Part shown: positions 33,904-42,260 of the stretch, one piece after another
Layout of the letters: every line of letters starts with the position of its first letter
Numbering within the stretch: position 1 is the first letter of the stretch
Assembly (NCBI GenBank): GCA_011039385.1
Contig: DRBO01000022.1
Location: 1-47,795, forward strand
From: Chloroflexota bacterium
GTDB lineage: Bacteria; Chloroflexota; Anaerolineae; Anaerolineales; UBA11858
Direction: 5' to 3'
DNA: 47,795 nucleotides
Notes under the pieces: generated by a model
Told to the model about the DNA's origin: nothing
Databases searched by the model: none
What the model saw: only the letters and a program-made list of their open reading frames with translations
Translations under genes and position numbers: made by a program

Positions 33904-34557
33904 TCACTCAAAAATCACCTTGGTGTAGCCCAGATCCACAAACAGGCGTCCCAGGAAACTTTCTGCGTTCTGCGCTGCCAGATCCAAGATCCCATCCTCG
34001 AGAGCGCTTGCTTCAATTTCCAACTCAGCTGCCCGGCGGGCTTCAGTTTCCAGATCGACTTCTCCCTGAGTGAAGATCCCAGTTTCCCGATCATAGACAT
34101 AGGATTTCTGGTTATCGATCGCCACGACAAATATTTCCGCTTCCGGGAGAGTGACAAAAAGGACATCATCTTCCAGACGGAGATCCTCCGGATTGAGCTT
34201 GATCAAATCCACACCTGCGATCACCTCGCCATGGGCGACAAACAACAACCGATCGCCAACCAGCCATTCAAATACTCCCTGACGGGTTTCCGCAGTGATG
34301 ATCTTTTCCAAGGAAAATTTAATGGTTTCCAGGCGGGCCAGGCTGCGAACTTCATGAATGATTGTCACCGGATCTGGAATGATCGTAGGTGTAGGATGCA
34401 ATACCTCAGCCACCTGGGTGGATAAGGAACCTGCCATTTCCTTCACCGGCAGCAGCTGGTTAGAAAGGGTTCTCTGAAAGGAATTCACCAGGTAAACCCC
34501 TGTCCCAACCAGCAGGAGCAGGAGAACCATTTGCACGATCCACTGCCATTTTTTCAT
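33904..34557 (-). CDS. DUF4230 domain membrane-anchored protein
   Basis: Start re-called to ATG 34557 (MKKWQWIVQMVLLLLLV), preceded by AGGAG. N-terminal TM plus the typical LARLETIKFSLEKI...VAHGEVIAGVDL pattern. Confidence 0.65.
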   Translation of the reverse strand: MKKWQWIVQMVLLLLLVGTGVYLVNSFQRTLSNQLLPVKEMAGSLSTQVAEVLHPTPTIIPDPVTIIHEVRSLARLETIKFSLEKIITAETRQGVFEWLVGDRLLFVAHGEVIAGVDLIKLNPEDLRLEDDVLFVTLPEAEIFVVAIDNQKSYVYDRETGIFTQGEVDLETEARRAAELEIEASALEDGILDLAAQNAESFLGRLFVDLGYTKVIFE

Positions 34558-34620
34558 GCCAACTCCTTTGGAATCATTAACACTACTATCCCTGCCAGGT
34601 TTCTGCACTCCCCCCTGGAT

Positions 34621-35040
34621 TTACTCCGAGAGTTTATCCTGCCAGAGTGTCAGGGTCTCGATCGCCGCTTGGACCTGGTGAGACTGCACATAAAGATGGT
34701 CATGATAGAACGCTGAGACCACATTGACGCTGATCCCCTGCGCTGCTAAAACCTCGCTAATCCTGGCCAGGAATCCCACTGCTCCCAGGCTTGAGAGAAC
34801 ATCCAGTGTGATCCTTTTAAATACGAAGTCGTAATGAAGGCCATCCAGGTCTGCCAGGTGCCTGCCTATAATGACGGTAATCCCCTCTCGCTCACGATAA
34901 TAGCCCTGGCAGAGAGGGAAATACTTTTCTGCCTGATCAGGGGGCAGGCTGCAAAAAACCAGCTCCTCTTCCTCCAGGACAGGCTGCATGTTTTCCAGGA
35001 GATAATCGAGATCAAAATTACCTTTTTCCGGCATAGGCAC
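34621..35040 (-). CDS. ACT-domain protein (small, ACT_7-like)
   Basis: 139-aa ORF. The pattern of tandem small ligand-binding lobes (LVFCSL...; TLDVLSSLGAVGFLARISEVLAAQGISVNVVSAFYHDHLYV) is ACT-like. Confidence 0.5.
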   Translation of the reverse strand: MPMPEKGNFDLDYLLENMQPVLEEEELVFCSLPPDQAEKYFPLCQGYYREREGITVIIGRHLADLDGLHYDFVFKRITLDVLSSLGAVGFLARISEVLAAQGISVNVVSAFYHDHLYVQSHQVQAAIETLTLWQDKLSE

Positions 35041-35260
35041 TCCTTACTATCAACCAGACCCACTACAATTACTGATTATGTTGGCGTTCTCACCTGTAAG
35101 CAGCAGAAAGAGAAAATCGATGACCGTTATCCCCACAAGCACTCTCTGGAAAAAATCAATTTCATAACAGGTCAGGATGATATAAGCCAATTATAGCCAA
35201 TTTCTACCCTAAATCCGCGCACCAATTGAATCAATATTGAGATCAGTTAAGGATTAGCTC

Positions 35261-35289
35261 TTGACAGGGCTGAGACAATTTGATATATT
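35261..35289 (+). promoter_or_regulatory. near-consensus sigma70-type promoter
   Basis: TTGACA (35261-35266), a 17-nt spacer, then TATATT (35284-35289) with an upstream TG (TGaTATATT). About 45 nt before the ATG at 35335, which has a GGAGGA SD. Confidence 0.55.
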
Positions 35290-35308
35290 TACTTTGTTTT
35301 TCAAAGTA
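35290..35308. promoter_or_regulatory. 7-bp inverted repeat over the predicted transcription start; candidate operator
   Basis: TACTTTG-ttttt-CAAAGTA lies immediately after the -10 box. The downstream operon encodes a wHTH regulator. Confidence 0.35.
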
Positions 35309-35334
35309 CTTTTATTTCGAAACAGAATGGAGGA

Positions 35335-35961
35335 ATGATGACTGCCCCCACCAGCCTAAAAGACCTTGAACGCAAAATTTTCCGAGCTTCCACTCAGGAC
35401 GGGATCATTGACATTCATATTGGTTGCCTGCTGCTGATGTTTTCAATTGCCCCCCTGCTTAGCGAGACCATGGGGGATTTCTGGTCCTCAGCCGTCTTTT
35501 TGCCATTCTGGGGACTGGTCTATCTTGGCCTCCGGGCTTTACGCAAAAATCACCTACAACCCCGGATCGGGCAGATCGAATTCGGAGCCTATCGTGTCAA
35601 ACGCCTCAAACACCTCAACCTGGTGATCCTTGTTTTTAACCTGGCTGCTCTTGGGTTGGGTTTACTAGCCTTTATTGGTATCCTCAATCTTCCAGGATGG
35701 CTGCCTCTCTCTATTCTGCTCCTGATCGGATTCAGCCTGGGCGGGTACATGATCGAGAATCCCCGCTTCTATCTCTACGGCGTATTTTCTGCGCTCACGC
35801 CATTTGTCGGTGAATATCTCTACCAGAACCATGGTTTTTCTCACCACGGTTGGCCAGTTGTTTTTGGTGTCTTGGCTGGGGGCATCATCCTCTGGGGATT
35901 ATTTCTCATGCTGCGAGTTATTCAGACATATCCCTTAACCGATCAGGCGGGGCTGGAATGA
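35335..35961 (+). CDS. hypothetical integral membrane protein (about 5 TM)
   Basis: 208-aa hydrophobic ORF. Its stop overlaps the start of the next gene (ATGA). Confidence 0.6.
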   Translation: MMTAPTSLKDLERKIFRASTQDGIIDIHIGCLLLMFSIAPLLSETMGDFWSSAVFLPFWGLVYLGLRALRKNHLQPRIGQIEFGAYRVKRLKHLNLVILVFNLAALGLGLLAFIGILNLPGWLPLSILLLIGFSLGGYMIENPRFYLYGVFSALTPFVGEYLYQNHGFSHHGWPVVFGVLAGGIILWGLFLMLRVIQTYPLTDQAGLE

Positions 35962-36284
35962 AAGAGCAGCAAAAGTTCCCCGACAATCAACCCCTGGGTG
36001 AGATTGACCTCATCATTCATGCCCCGGCTCGTTTAACTATCCTGATGATCCTCTATGTCGTGGAAAGCCTGGATTATGTCTTCCTCAAGAATCAAACTGG
36101 TTTATCCTGGGGTAATCTGGCCACGCATCTCGGAAAATTAGAGGCTGCAGGGTATGTCAAGGTCCAAAAAGGTTACCAGGGTAAAAAGCCCCAGAGTAAG
36201 ATACAACTCACTCCCCAGGGCCGTTCTGCGTTCCAGGAATATAAAAACACAATCCAGCAGCTTCTGGATGATTTGCCAGAGTAG
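35958..36284 (+). CDS. winged-helix transcriptional regulator (MarR/ArsR-like small wHTH)
   Basis: Start re-called to ATG 35958 (MKEQQKF...). HAPARLTILMIL...LKNQTGLSWGNLATHLGKLEAAGYVKVQK is a typical wHTH recognition helix and wing. Confidence 0.7.
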   Translation: MKEQQKFPDNQPLGEIDLIIHAPARLTILMILYVVESLDYVFLKNQTGLSWGNLATHLGKLEAAGYVKVQKGYQGKKPQSKIQLTPQGRSAFQEYKNTIQQLLDDLPE

Positions 36285-36590
36285 CTATACAAAAAAATAT
36301 TGGAAAAGGAGAACCGTGCAGATCGATCCTGCCATCACCAGGGTGATATGCAGGTTCAACAAGGACAAACCCAGCGCAGCAGCTCCGCCCAGCAAGCCGA
36401 TCAGCGGCTGTTCCTTATCAACCAATAGCACACCCGGGAAGATCAATGCTCCCAGAGCGGCATAAGGGATGCTCTTCAGCCAAGTTTGGAACCAGGCCGG
36501 AAATTGAAATCGATCCAGGAAGATTGCCGGCAGCAGCCTGGGAAGATAGGTAACCAGAGCCATGCCTAGAATTAGCAGGAGTATTTTCAT
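36285..36590 (-). CDS. azlD: branched-chain amino acid transport protein AzlD
   Basis: Start re-called to ATG 36590 (MKILLLILGMALVTYLPRLLP), which overlaps the azlC stop (ATGA). About 101 aa and 3-4 TM. Confidence 0.8.
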   Translation of the reverse strand: MKILLLILGMALVTYLPRLLPAIFLDRFQFPAWFQTWLKSIPYAALGALIFPGVLLVDKEQPLIGLLGGAAALGLSLLNLHITLVMAGSICTVLLFQYFFV

Positions 36591-37282
36591 TCCTCTCCTC
36601 CAATTATAAGAACCCCCACTCCTGCTGCCAGAACGGTAGCAAGCACAACAGACCATCCGCTTTCCACCCAATGTCCTAACCCCCAATTTATAACCATGCT
36701 CAGAACCGCAATCACAGCGAAGGGGCGTGATTTTTTTGCAGCCGGGACCAGCAAGCCAATAAAGAGTCCATACAAACCCACCGTCATCCCTGTTGTGATC
36801 TGAGCGGGAATAAAGCCCGCACTCAATCCTCCCACCAGGGTGCCAGACACCCAGCCCAGGTAAGCGGTTATCATCAACCCGGCTATAAAGGCAGCTGTCC
36901 GGGGGGGAGAGTTCTCACCTTCTCCCAGGGTTAACAAGGCAAAGGTCTCATCGGTGATAAAAAAGGACAGCCCCCTCTTCCAGGCCGGCGGGAAACCTCG
37001 CATTTGGTCATTCACTGCCAGGCTCATGATCAAATGCCGCATATTCAGGAAAAATGTGGCTGCAATAATCTGCAGGTACCCGGTCCCGGCCAGCAGCAAG
37101 CTGACTCCCACAAACTGGCTTGCCCCCGCGAAAACCAGGCAAGACATCAGCACTGCTTCCAGCCAGCTCAGCTGGGCCTGGCCTGCCAGGGCACCGAAAG
37201 CGATCGCAATGGGAAAATATCCCAGGGCGATGGGCAGCCCGGCCTGGATTCCTCGCTTGAGTTGAGAGTCATTAGCTAACAT
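36587..37282 (-). CDS. azlC: branched-chain amino acid exporter subunit AzlC
   Basis: 231 aa. GIQAGLPIALGYFPIAIAFG and FAGASQF are AzlC motifs. Confidence 0.85.
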   Translation of the reverse strand: MLANDSQLKRGIQAGLPIALGYFPIAIAFGALAGQAQLSWLEAVLMSCLVFAGASQFVGVSLLLAGTGYLQIIAATFFLNMRHLIMSLAVNDQMRGFPPAWKRGLSFFITDETFALLTLGEGENSPPRTAAFIAGLMITAYLGWVSGTLVGGLSAGFIPAQITTGMTVGLYGLFIGLLVPAAKKSRPFAVIAVLSMVINWGLGHWVESGWSVVLATVLAAGVGVLIIGGEE

Positions 37283-37313
37283 AACTGAACGGATATCATT
37301 CGGGATGGCAGGA

Positions 37314-38102
37314 TCAGGAGATCCGGTAGCGCTGAATAGTTTTGTTCTCTAAATCGATCACCGGCAGGGCCATTTTTCCATCTTCGCCCCGCTCTACTGT
37401 CTGGCCAGAGGAAAAGATCAGATCAATCCCGTATAAGTCCTCTTTATTGTCTTCCGGATCGTTGAAGCGGTGATCCAGATGCTTATGGCCAAACAGCAGG
37501 GCATTCACGCGGGGAGGTCGTCCCTCCCTGCGGGAGATGACTCCTTTTAGATCAGCGTGATCGCGCAGGCCATGGTAGAACAAATAATCAAAGGGATGAT
37601 GGTGCAGGACCAAAATGACATTCTCAACCGCGGGATTCTCAGCCAGTTCATCCAGCAGCAGATCCAGCTTCTGCAGTTGGCGCAAGCCCAGATAGCCCTG
37701 TGCGCTCCACAGTTCTCCCTTTTCCATCTCAGCTTCCATTGAATCCAGCAGCACAAATGCCTGCCCTGATTTGATAATAACCGCGGGATATTCAGCGACT
37801 TGAGAGATCATTTCCCGGAAATCGCGTTTGCTAGCCTGATTTTCGCGGATGCCGTTCGGCCCACAATCATGGTTACCTGGAACTGTCAGCACAATATAAC
37901 CAGCTTCGCGCAAGCGGTTTATGAGATCCCTGGCCTTTTTGAACTGCCAGGTTTCCCCATCATCGACTATGTCACCGCTGATAACCACCAGGTTCGATTG
38001 ATGAAGATCTTGATTCCCAATGATCCATTCAATAATTCGGTGTGCTTTTATTAGATTATTGGATTTTCCAATGTGCAGGTCTGAAAGATGAATGATGTTC
38101 AC
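37314..38102 (-). CDS. metallophosphoesterase (calcineurin-like)
   Basis: Contains HLSDLHIG, SGDIVDDG, GNHD, LHHHP and GHKH. The likely start is GTG 38102 (xNIIHLSDLH) after GGGGAGAA. The track ORF begins at TTG 38123. Confidence 0.85.
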   Translation of the reverse strand: MNIIHLSDLHIGKSNNLIKAHRIIEWIIGNQDLHQSNLVVISGDIVDDGETWQFKKARDLINRLREAGYIVLTVPGNHDCGPNGIRENQASKRDFREMISQVAEYPAVIIKSGQAFVLLDSMEAEMEKGELWSAQGYLGLRQLQKLDLLLDELAENPAVENVILVLHHHPFDYLFYHGLRDHADLKGVISRREGRPPRVNALLFGHKHLDHRFNDPEDNKEDLYGIDLIFSSGQTVERGEDGKMALPVIDLENKTIQRYRIS

Positions 38103-38194
38103 AGGAGATTCTCCCCGATCCAACCTGCTGCCTTTCTGGTAGATTTTTCACAATCAGTTTTCTAACTTCCTAAGCATACCATAGGAAAAGCGCT

Positions 38195-39565
38195 TCAGCG
38201 GTCAATTTCCCAGACATGGATGAGTGATTTGTATTCATCCGCCAGCCTCTCGGTCAGGTAGATTAAGCCGTTCTCTCTGTCAAACGCCATGGCTCCCACC
38301 AGGTCCCTCTTATAGATCGCTGGATCCAGCTCTGGTGCCAACAAATACTGATCCAGTACCAATGTGGCATAAGGCTGGGGCACCCAGCTATCCATCTCAC
38401 CGCGGGCAACCGCGGCCAGCTCTGCCGGATCAAAGAAGATCATTTGGGCCTGGAAATCCTCCGCCCAGAAACCCCGGTCGTCAAAAGGCCATTCTGGTAC
38501 ATCCGGACAGGTGGGCGGCTGGCTCCCGGCACAGTCGTGCTCCCATACCACGCCATTGGCAAACCCATACCATTCCTCCCCCACGGCTTTGGTTCCCGCC
38601 AAAACCACCGCGGCTGCATCTCCGGCCGTCAACCAGGCCCCACCCCACCAATGGTCTGCCTCATGGTAGTCAATGACGGACTGGGATGGATCACTGACGA
38701 TATCAGGCTGTCCCAGCAGCTGTTCTCCATACAGCAGCAGGGGAAGGATTCCGCTCAATGTCTCTCCAGGAACAGGAGGATTCCCAACTCCAGCCGGGTT
38801 GTACGCGAACAAGGCGGGGCCTCTGCCGCTCCACAACCCTTCCCGGGCCCGACCGCTGGCCAGCATAGGTCCAGGGGTGATCGCTTCCGCCCAGGAGGAA
38901 GGGATCTCAAACAGATAATCGTTGGTGACATAATTGCTATATTCGCCAAAAAGCCAGGCTCCCCGAGCATCTGGTTGGCTTAAATCAAGGCCAGCCCAGC
39001 CGTGTGAGGGTTCAAAATCCTGAAAGTGCTGTCCAAACGTGAAGTGCAGCCTGGGTTCTGGATGAGATAGATAAGCCAACCCTGCCCTGGGGAGGGTCAT
39101 CTGCTCAATCGGGAAAACTCCCTCAGTCAGATCGGTAAAAGCCTGCAGGGTAGCAGCCGTGGGGGCATCCGCCAGATTCCCGGATATCACTGGAGCTGGA
39201 ATGCTGATCTCTGAAACCTGAAGCTGGTGATCATGGCCAAAACCGAACAGGGACCCCGGAAAGCCATCCGCCTCCCCAGCCGGGTCTCCACCTGGATAAT
39301 AGGTCAATCCCTGACCGCTGTATTCCCAATTTGATTCCCCCGATCCTGAGGGCAGTCTGAAAAAACCACGATAGACCAGGTCGTCTGGCCGGATCAGGCT
39401 GCCTGCTGGAATGGGGGCTTGCCTTGGATCAGATTCTTCTGCCAGGGCTTCCTGGCTTGTTTGGTGATCAGCACTGTTTTCCGGCGTATTGGAAGGAGAT
39501 GCCTGGCAGGAAATGCATAGCACTAAAACCATAAAACTAACGGCCAGGGATTTTTTTACGCGCAT
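38195..39565 (-). CDS. secreted/lipoprotein-like hypothetical protein
   Basis: 456-aa ORF with a signal peptide (MRVKKSLAVSFMVLVLCISCQ) and a Pro/Gly/Trp-rich mature part. No recognisable catalytic motif. Confidence 0.5.
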   Translation of the reverse strand: MRVKKSLAVSFMVLVLCISCQASPSNTPENSADHQTSQEALAEESDPRQAPIPAGSLIRPDDLVYRGFFRLPSGSGESNWEYSGQGLTYYPGGDPAGEADGFPGSLFGFGHDHQLQVSEISIPAPVISGNLADAPTAATLQAFTDLTEGVFPIEQMTLPRAGLAYLSHPEPRLHFTFGQHFQDFEPSHGWAGLDLSQPDARGAWLFGEYSNYVTNDYLFEIPSSWAEAITPGPMLASGRAREGLWSGRGPALFAYNPAGVGNPPVPGETLSGILPLLLYGEQLLGQPDIVSDPSQSVIDYHEADHWWGGAWLTAGDAAAVVLAGTKAVGEEWYGFANGVVWEHDCAGSQPPTCPDVPEWPFDDRGFWAEDFQAQMIFFDPAELAAVARGEMDSWVPQPYATLVLDQYLLAPELDPAIYKRDLVGAMAFDRENGLIYLTERLADEYKSLIHVWEIDR

Positions 39566-39574
39566 ATTATGCTC

Positions 39575-40531
39575 TCAACCGCGGGCAAGCCATCTCAACC
39601 AGGGGGGAAGAAGGGAATATCTCGGCACGGCATCAAACCTTAACGGGGAACAGCCGAGGATCGCATCCGCAGCCAGCAGGCCGCTCAGGATCGCAGGCCC
39701 AATGCCCTCCCCCATATCCAATGTAGCCAAACCGGCAGCATCGCCTATGAGATAAAGATTGTCTGCAGGCGCTTTGAAATCATTCCCCCTCAAGTGATAC
39801 ACATAACCACGGGGGTTCAGGTTGTCTTTCTCAACCAATCCCATCCTGCGAATTTTCGCCACCAGGTACTCCCACTGTCCTTGGATCGTCGCACCCCGCT
39901 GCTGGAGAATTTCCGCGTTCCCTCCCACTCCGATGTTGACAAATCCTCCTTTCTTGGGCACATACCAGGCATAACCGGGGAGGCCGTTTTCAAAAAACCA
40001 CAGGCGGCAGACCTGGTCAGTCCAATCGTGCTGGAATTCATCCTCCAGGGCGACGATCTTTGCGCCGCTGCGGGGCTGCGTGCCCGCATAGAATCTCCGA
40101 TAGACAGGGCAATGTGTTCCCCCTGCGCCGACTAGGATCTCGGCTTCGATCTGCCCATCCAGGCAGTATCCTCGTTCACAGGGCTGAATGCTTTTAACTT
40201 CATGGTGGATGACTTCCGCCCCTGATCGCTCCAACAGCCAGTGATCGAATTCCAGCCGGCGGATGGCGTACTGCTTTCCTCGGCGGCGGATCGGAAAACC
40301 ATGCAGATACACTTTCAAATAGGGAAAGACACTCAAGTCGGCCGGATACTCTTCGGGGCGCACTCCCAGGGATTCGAACGCCCCCGGTGTCAGCCAACCG
40401 GCACAGATTTTCTGGCGGGGAAAGGTTTGCTTATCCACCACCAGGGGTTCCAGACCAGCCTTAATGAGCTTTCCCGCACAGGCTGCCCCTGCGGGGCCGC
40501 CGCCAACAATCACAACCCGATATTTTTTCAT
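39575..40531 (-). CDS. FAD-dependent oxidoreductase, geranylgeranyl-reductase-like family
   Basis: Start re-called to ATG 40531 (MKKYRVVIVGGGPAGAACA), a GxGxxG Rossmann motif. It overlaps the cfa stop as ATGA. The C-terminal LIGDAAG motif is present. Confidence 0.8.
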   Translation of the reverse strand: MKKYRVVIVGGGPAGAACAGKLIKAGLEPLVVDKQTFPRQKICAGWLTPGAFESLGVRPEEYPADLSVFPYLKVYLHGFPIRRRGKQYAIRRLEFDHWLLERSGAEVIHHEVKSIQPCERGYCLDGQIEAEILVGAGGTHCPVYRRFYAGTQPRSGAKIVALEDEFQHDWTDQVCRLWFFENGLPGYAWYVPKKGGFVNIGVGGNAEILQQRGATIQGQWEYLVAKIRRMGLVEKDNLNPRGYVYHLRGNDFKAPADNLYLIGDAAGLATLDMGEGIGPAILSGLLAADAILGCSPLRFDAVPRYSLLPPWLRWLARG

Positions 40532-41646
40532 GACAAACGACAATCCGGTTGCGGATCCCCCAGGCGCGTAAATACAACCTGCCAGAGCTGATTGGATCTG
40601 GACCGGAATCCTCCCGCGGAACTGAGCAAATAATAGCGCCACATGCGATAAAACCGCTCTGAATATCTATTCTCCAGCCCTGGCCAGGCTTCCTCAAAAT
40701 TCTTATGCCAGGCCATCAAGGTAGGATCATAATCCGGACCAAAATTGTGCCAGTCTTCAATGATAAACAAATTCTCCATTGCGGCAGCGAGCTGAGCGAT
40801 CGAGGGCAGCATCCCATTGGGGAAGATATATTTCTGAGTCCAGGCATTTGTTCGTCTTTGGCTGGTGTTGGCGCCAATCGTGTGGAAAAACCCGATCCCT
40901 CCCGGCTTCAGGGTGCGGTCAACAACTTCCATATAAGTGCGGTAATTCTTACATCCCACGTGCTCCATAACGCCAATGGAAAGCACTCGATCAAATTGCC
41001 CGGAAACTTCCCGGTAATCCTGGAGGCGCAGTTCTACAGGCAAGCCCCGGCAGAGCTCCATCCCCAGTTCCACCTGTTCCCTGGAGACAGTAACACCCTG
41101 CACTTCAACACCATATTTTTCAGCCGCATATTTCGCGAAGCTTCCCCACCCGCAACCCAGTTCCAGCACCGTCATCCCCGGCTCTAAACCGATCTTCTGG
41201 CAGACCAATTCCAACTTCGCTTCCTGGGCCTCATCCAGGGTGCTGGCGTTCTTCCAGTAAGCGCAAGTGTAATTCAGGCGGCTGTCCAACATTACCCGAT
41301 AGAGATCATTGCCCAGGTCATAATGTTTTTCACCGACCTCAAAGGACCGTTTTGGAGACTGCAGATTCAACACCTGAGCCCGCAGTAACTGCAGCAAGAT
41401 TTTCCAATTTCCCCGGATCTCCTGATCCAACCGGGCTCGCAAAACCCGATCAATCAACTGGTCGATTGCCTGGCAATCCCACCAGCCATCCATATAAGAT
41501 TCCCCCAATCCCAGGGCCGCTTCCCGCAGCACGCGGTCAAAAAATCGGCTGTCATGGACCTGGATATCCCAGGGATCCTGTCCTCCGATCTCAATGCCAG
41601 CTCTGGATAGCAGGTCTTTGACAAGTCGTTCAGAATCTGCTGGCAT
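40528..41646 (-). CDS. cfa: cyclopropane-fatty-acyl-phospholipid synthase
   Basis: 372 aa and collinear with E. coli Cfa from memory: GESYMDGWW, HYDLGNDLY, YTCAYW, VLELGCGWG, IGVMEHVG, YIFPNGMLPS, EDWHNFGPDYDPTLMAW, LWQVVF. Confidence 0.9.
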   Translation of the reverse strand: MPADSERLVKDLLSRAGIEIGGQDPWDIQVHDSRFFDRVLREAALGLGESYMDGWWDCQAIDQLIDRVLRARLDQEIRGNWKILLQLLRAQVLNLQSPKRSFEVGEKHYDLGNDLYRVMLDSRLNYTCAYWKNASTLDEAQEAKLELVCQKIGLEPGMTVLELGCGWGSFAKYAAEKYGVEVQGVTVSREQVELGMELCRGLPVELRLQDYREVSGQFDRVLSIGVMEHVGCKNYRTYMEVVDRTLKPGGIGFFHTIGANTSQRRTNAWTQKYIFPNGMLPSIAQLAAAMENLFIIEDWHNFGPDYDPTLMAWHKNFEEAWPGLENRYSERFYRMWRYYLLSSAGGFRSRSNQLWQVVFTRLGDPQPDCRLS

Positions 41647-41731
41647 GTTCCCCTCCCCAATCTAGCAACATATTTATATATAACCGAGATCCCCCCGTTC
41701 AGTTACCGAGTTCTCCTGTTTGCCCTCGCAG

Positions 41732-42121
41732 TCACTCTTCCAGCATTTTCATCACGCCCGGGCCAACAACATCCCAGTCCACGCAGGGCCGCTCAAAGCC
41801 ATCCGGCTGGATCAGCGGGCATCCGAAGGCAGCGTCATCGATATAAAGCTGTCCGTAAGCCTTTGGACTGCTGGTCCAGTGAATCTGGGTGGGGTTTTTA
41901 TTGATCCCATAGAGCTGGATACCATTATCCTGCAAGTAAGTTACAGCGGCGGTCAGCACATCCCCATTGCGCCCTCCATCAGAGCGCATCGTGAACAGGA
42001 TCAGTCTAGCCCCGGCGTTCTGGAATTTCCCCAGCCATTCCAGGGCACCGGGCACTGGCGGGCCAATTTCCGGAAAGCGGTGGTCGACAATGGTGCCGTC
42101 AAAATCAATACAAATGTACAT
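41732..42121 (-). CDS. small HAD-superfamily hydrolase-like protein
   Basis: MYICIDFDGTIV carries the DxDGT nucleophile motif. About 129 aa. ATG 42121 has AAGGA 6 nt upstream. Confidence 0.6.
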   Translation of the reverse strand: MYICIDFDGTIVDHRFPEIGPPVPGALEWLGKFQNAGARLILFTMRSDGGRNGDVLTAAVTYLQDNGIQLYGINKNPTQIHWTSSPKAYGQLYIDDAAFGCPLIQPDGFERPCVDWDVVGPGVMKMLEE

Positions 42122-42145
42122 AAACAATCCTTATATTCCAGATCA

Positions 42146-42258
42146 GGGGAATCCAAACCAAGTATACCAATAACAACCGCCAGTTACAGGGCTGGCACCG
42201 CGGCCGGACTCCGGAATTCCTTACTGCTCTGATTGAATTAAATGTAATTGGATTCCCC
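42146..42258. repeat. 11-bp perfect inverted repeats bracketing a 91-bp intergenic spacer
   Basis: GGGGAATCCAA (42146-42156) and TTGGATTCCCC (42248-42258). An internal small palindrome, CCGGACTCCGG, is also present. Confidence 0.7.
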
Positions 42259-42260
42259 AA

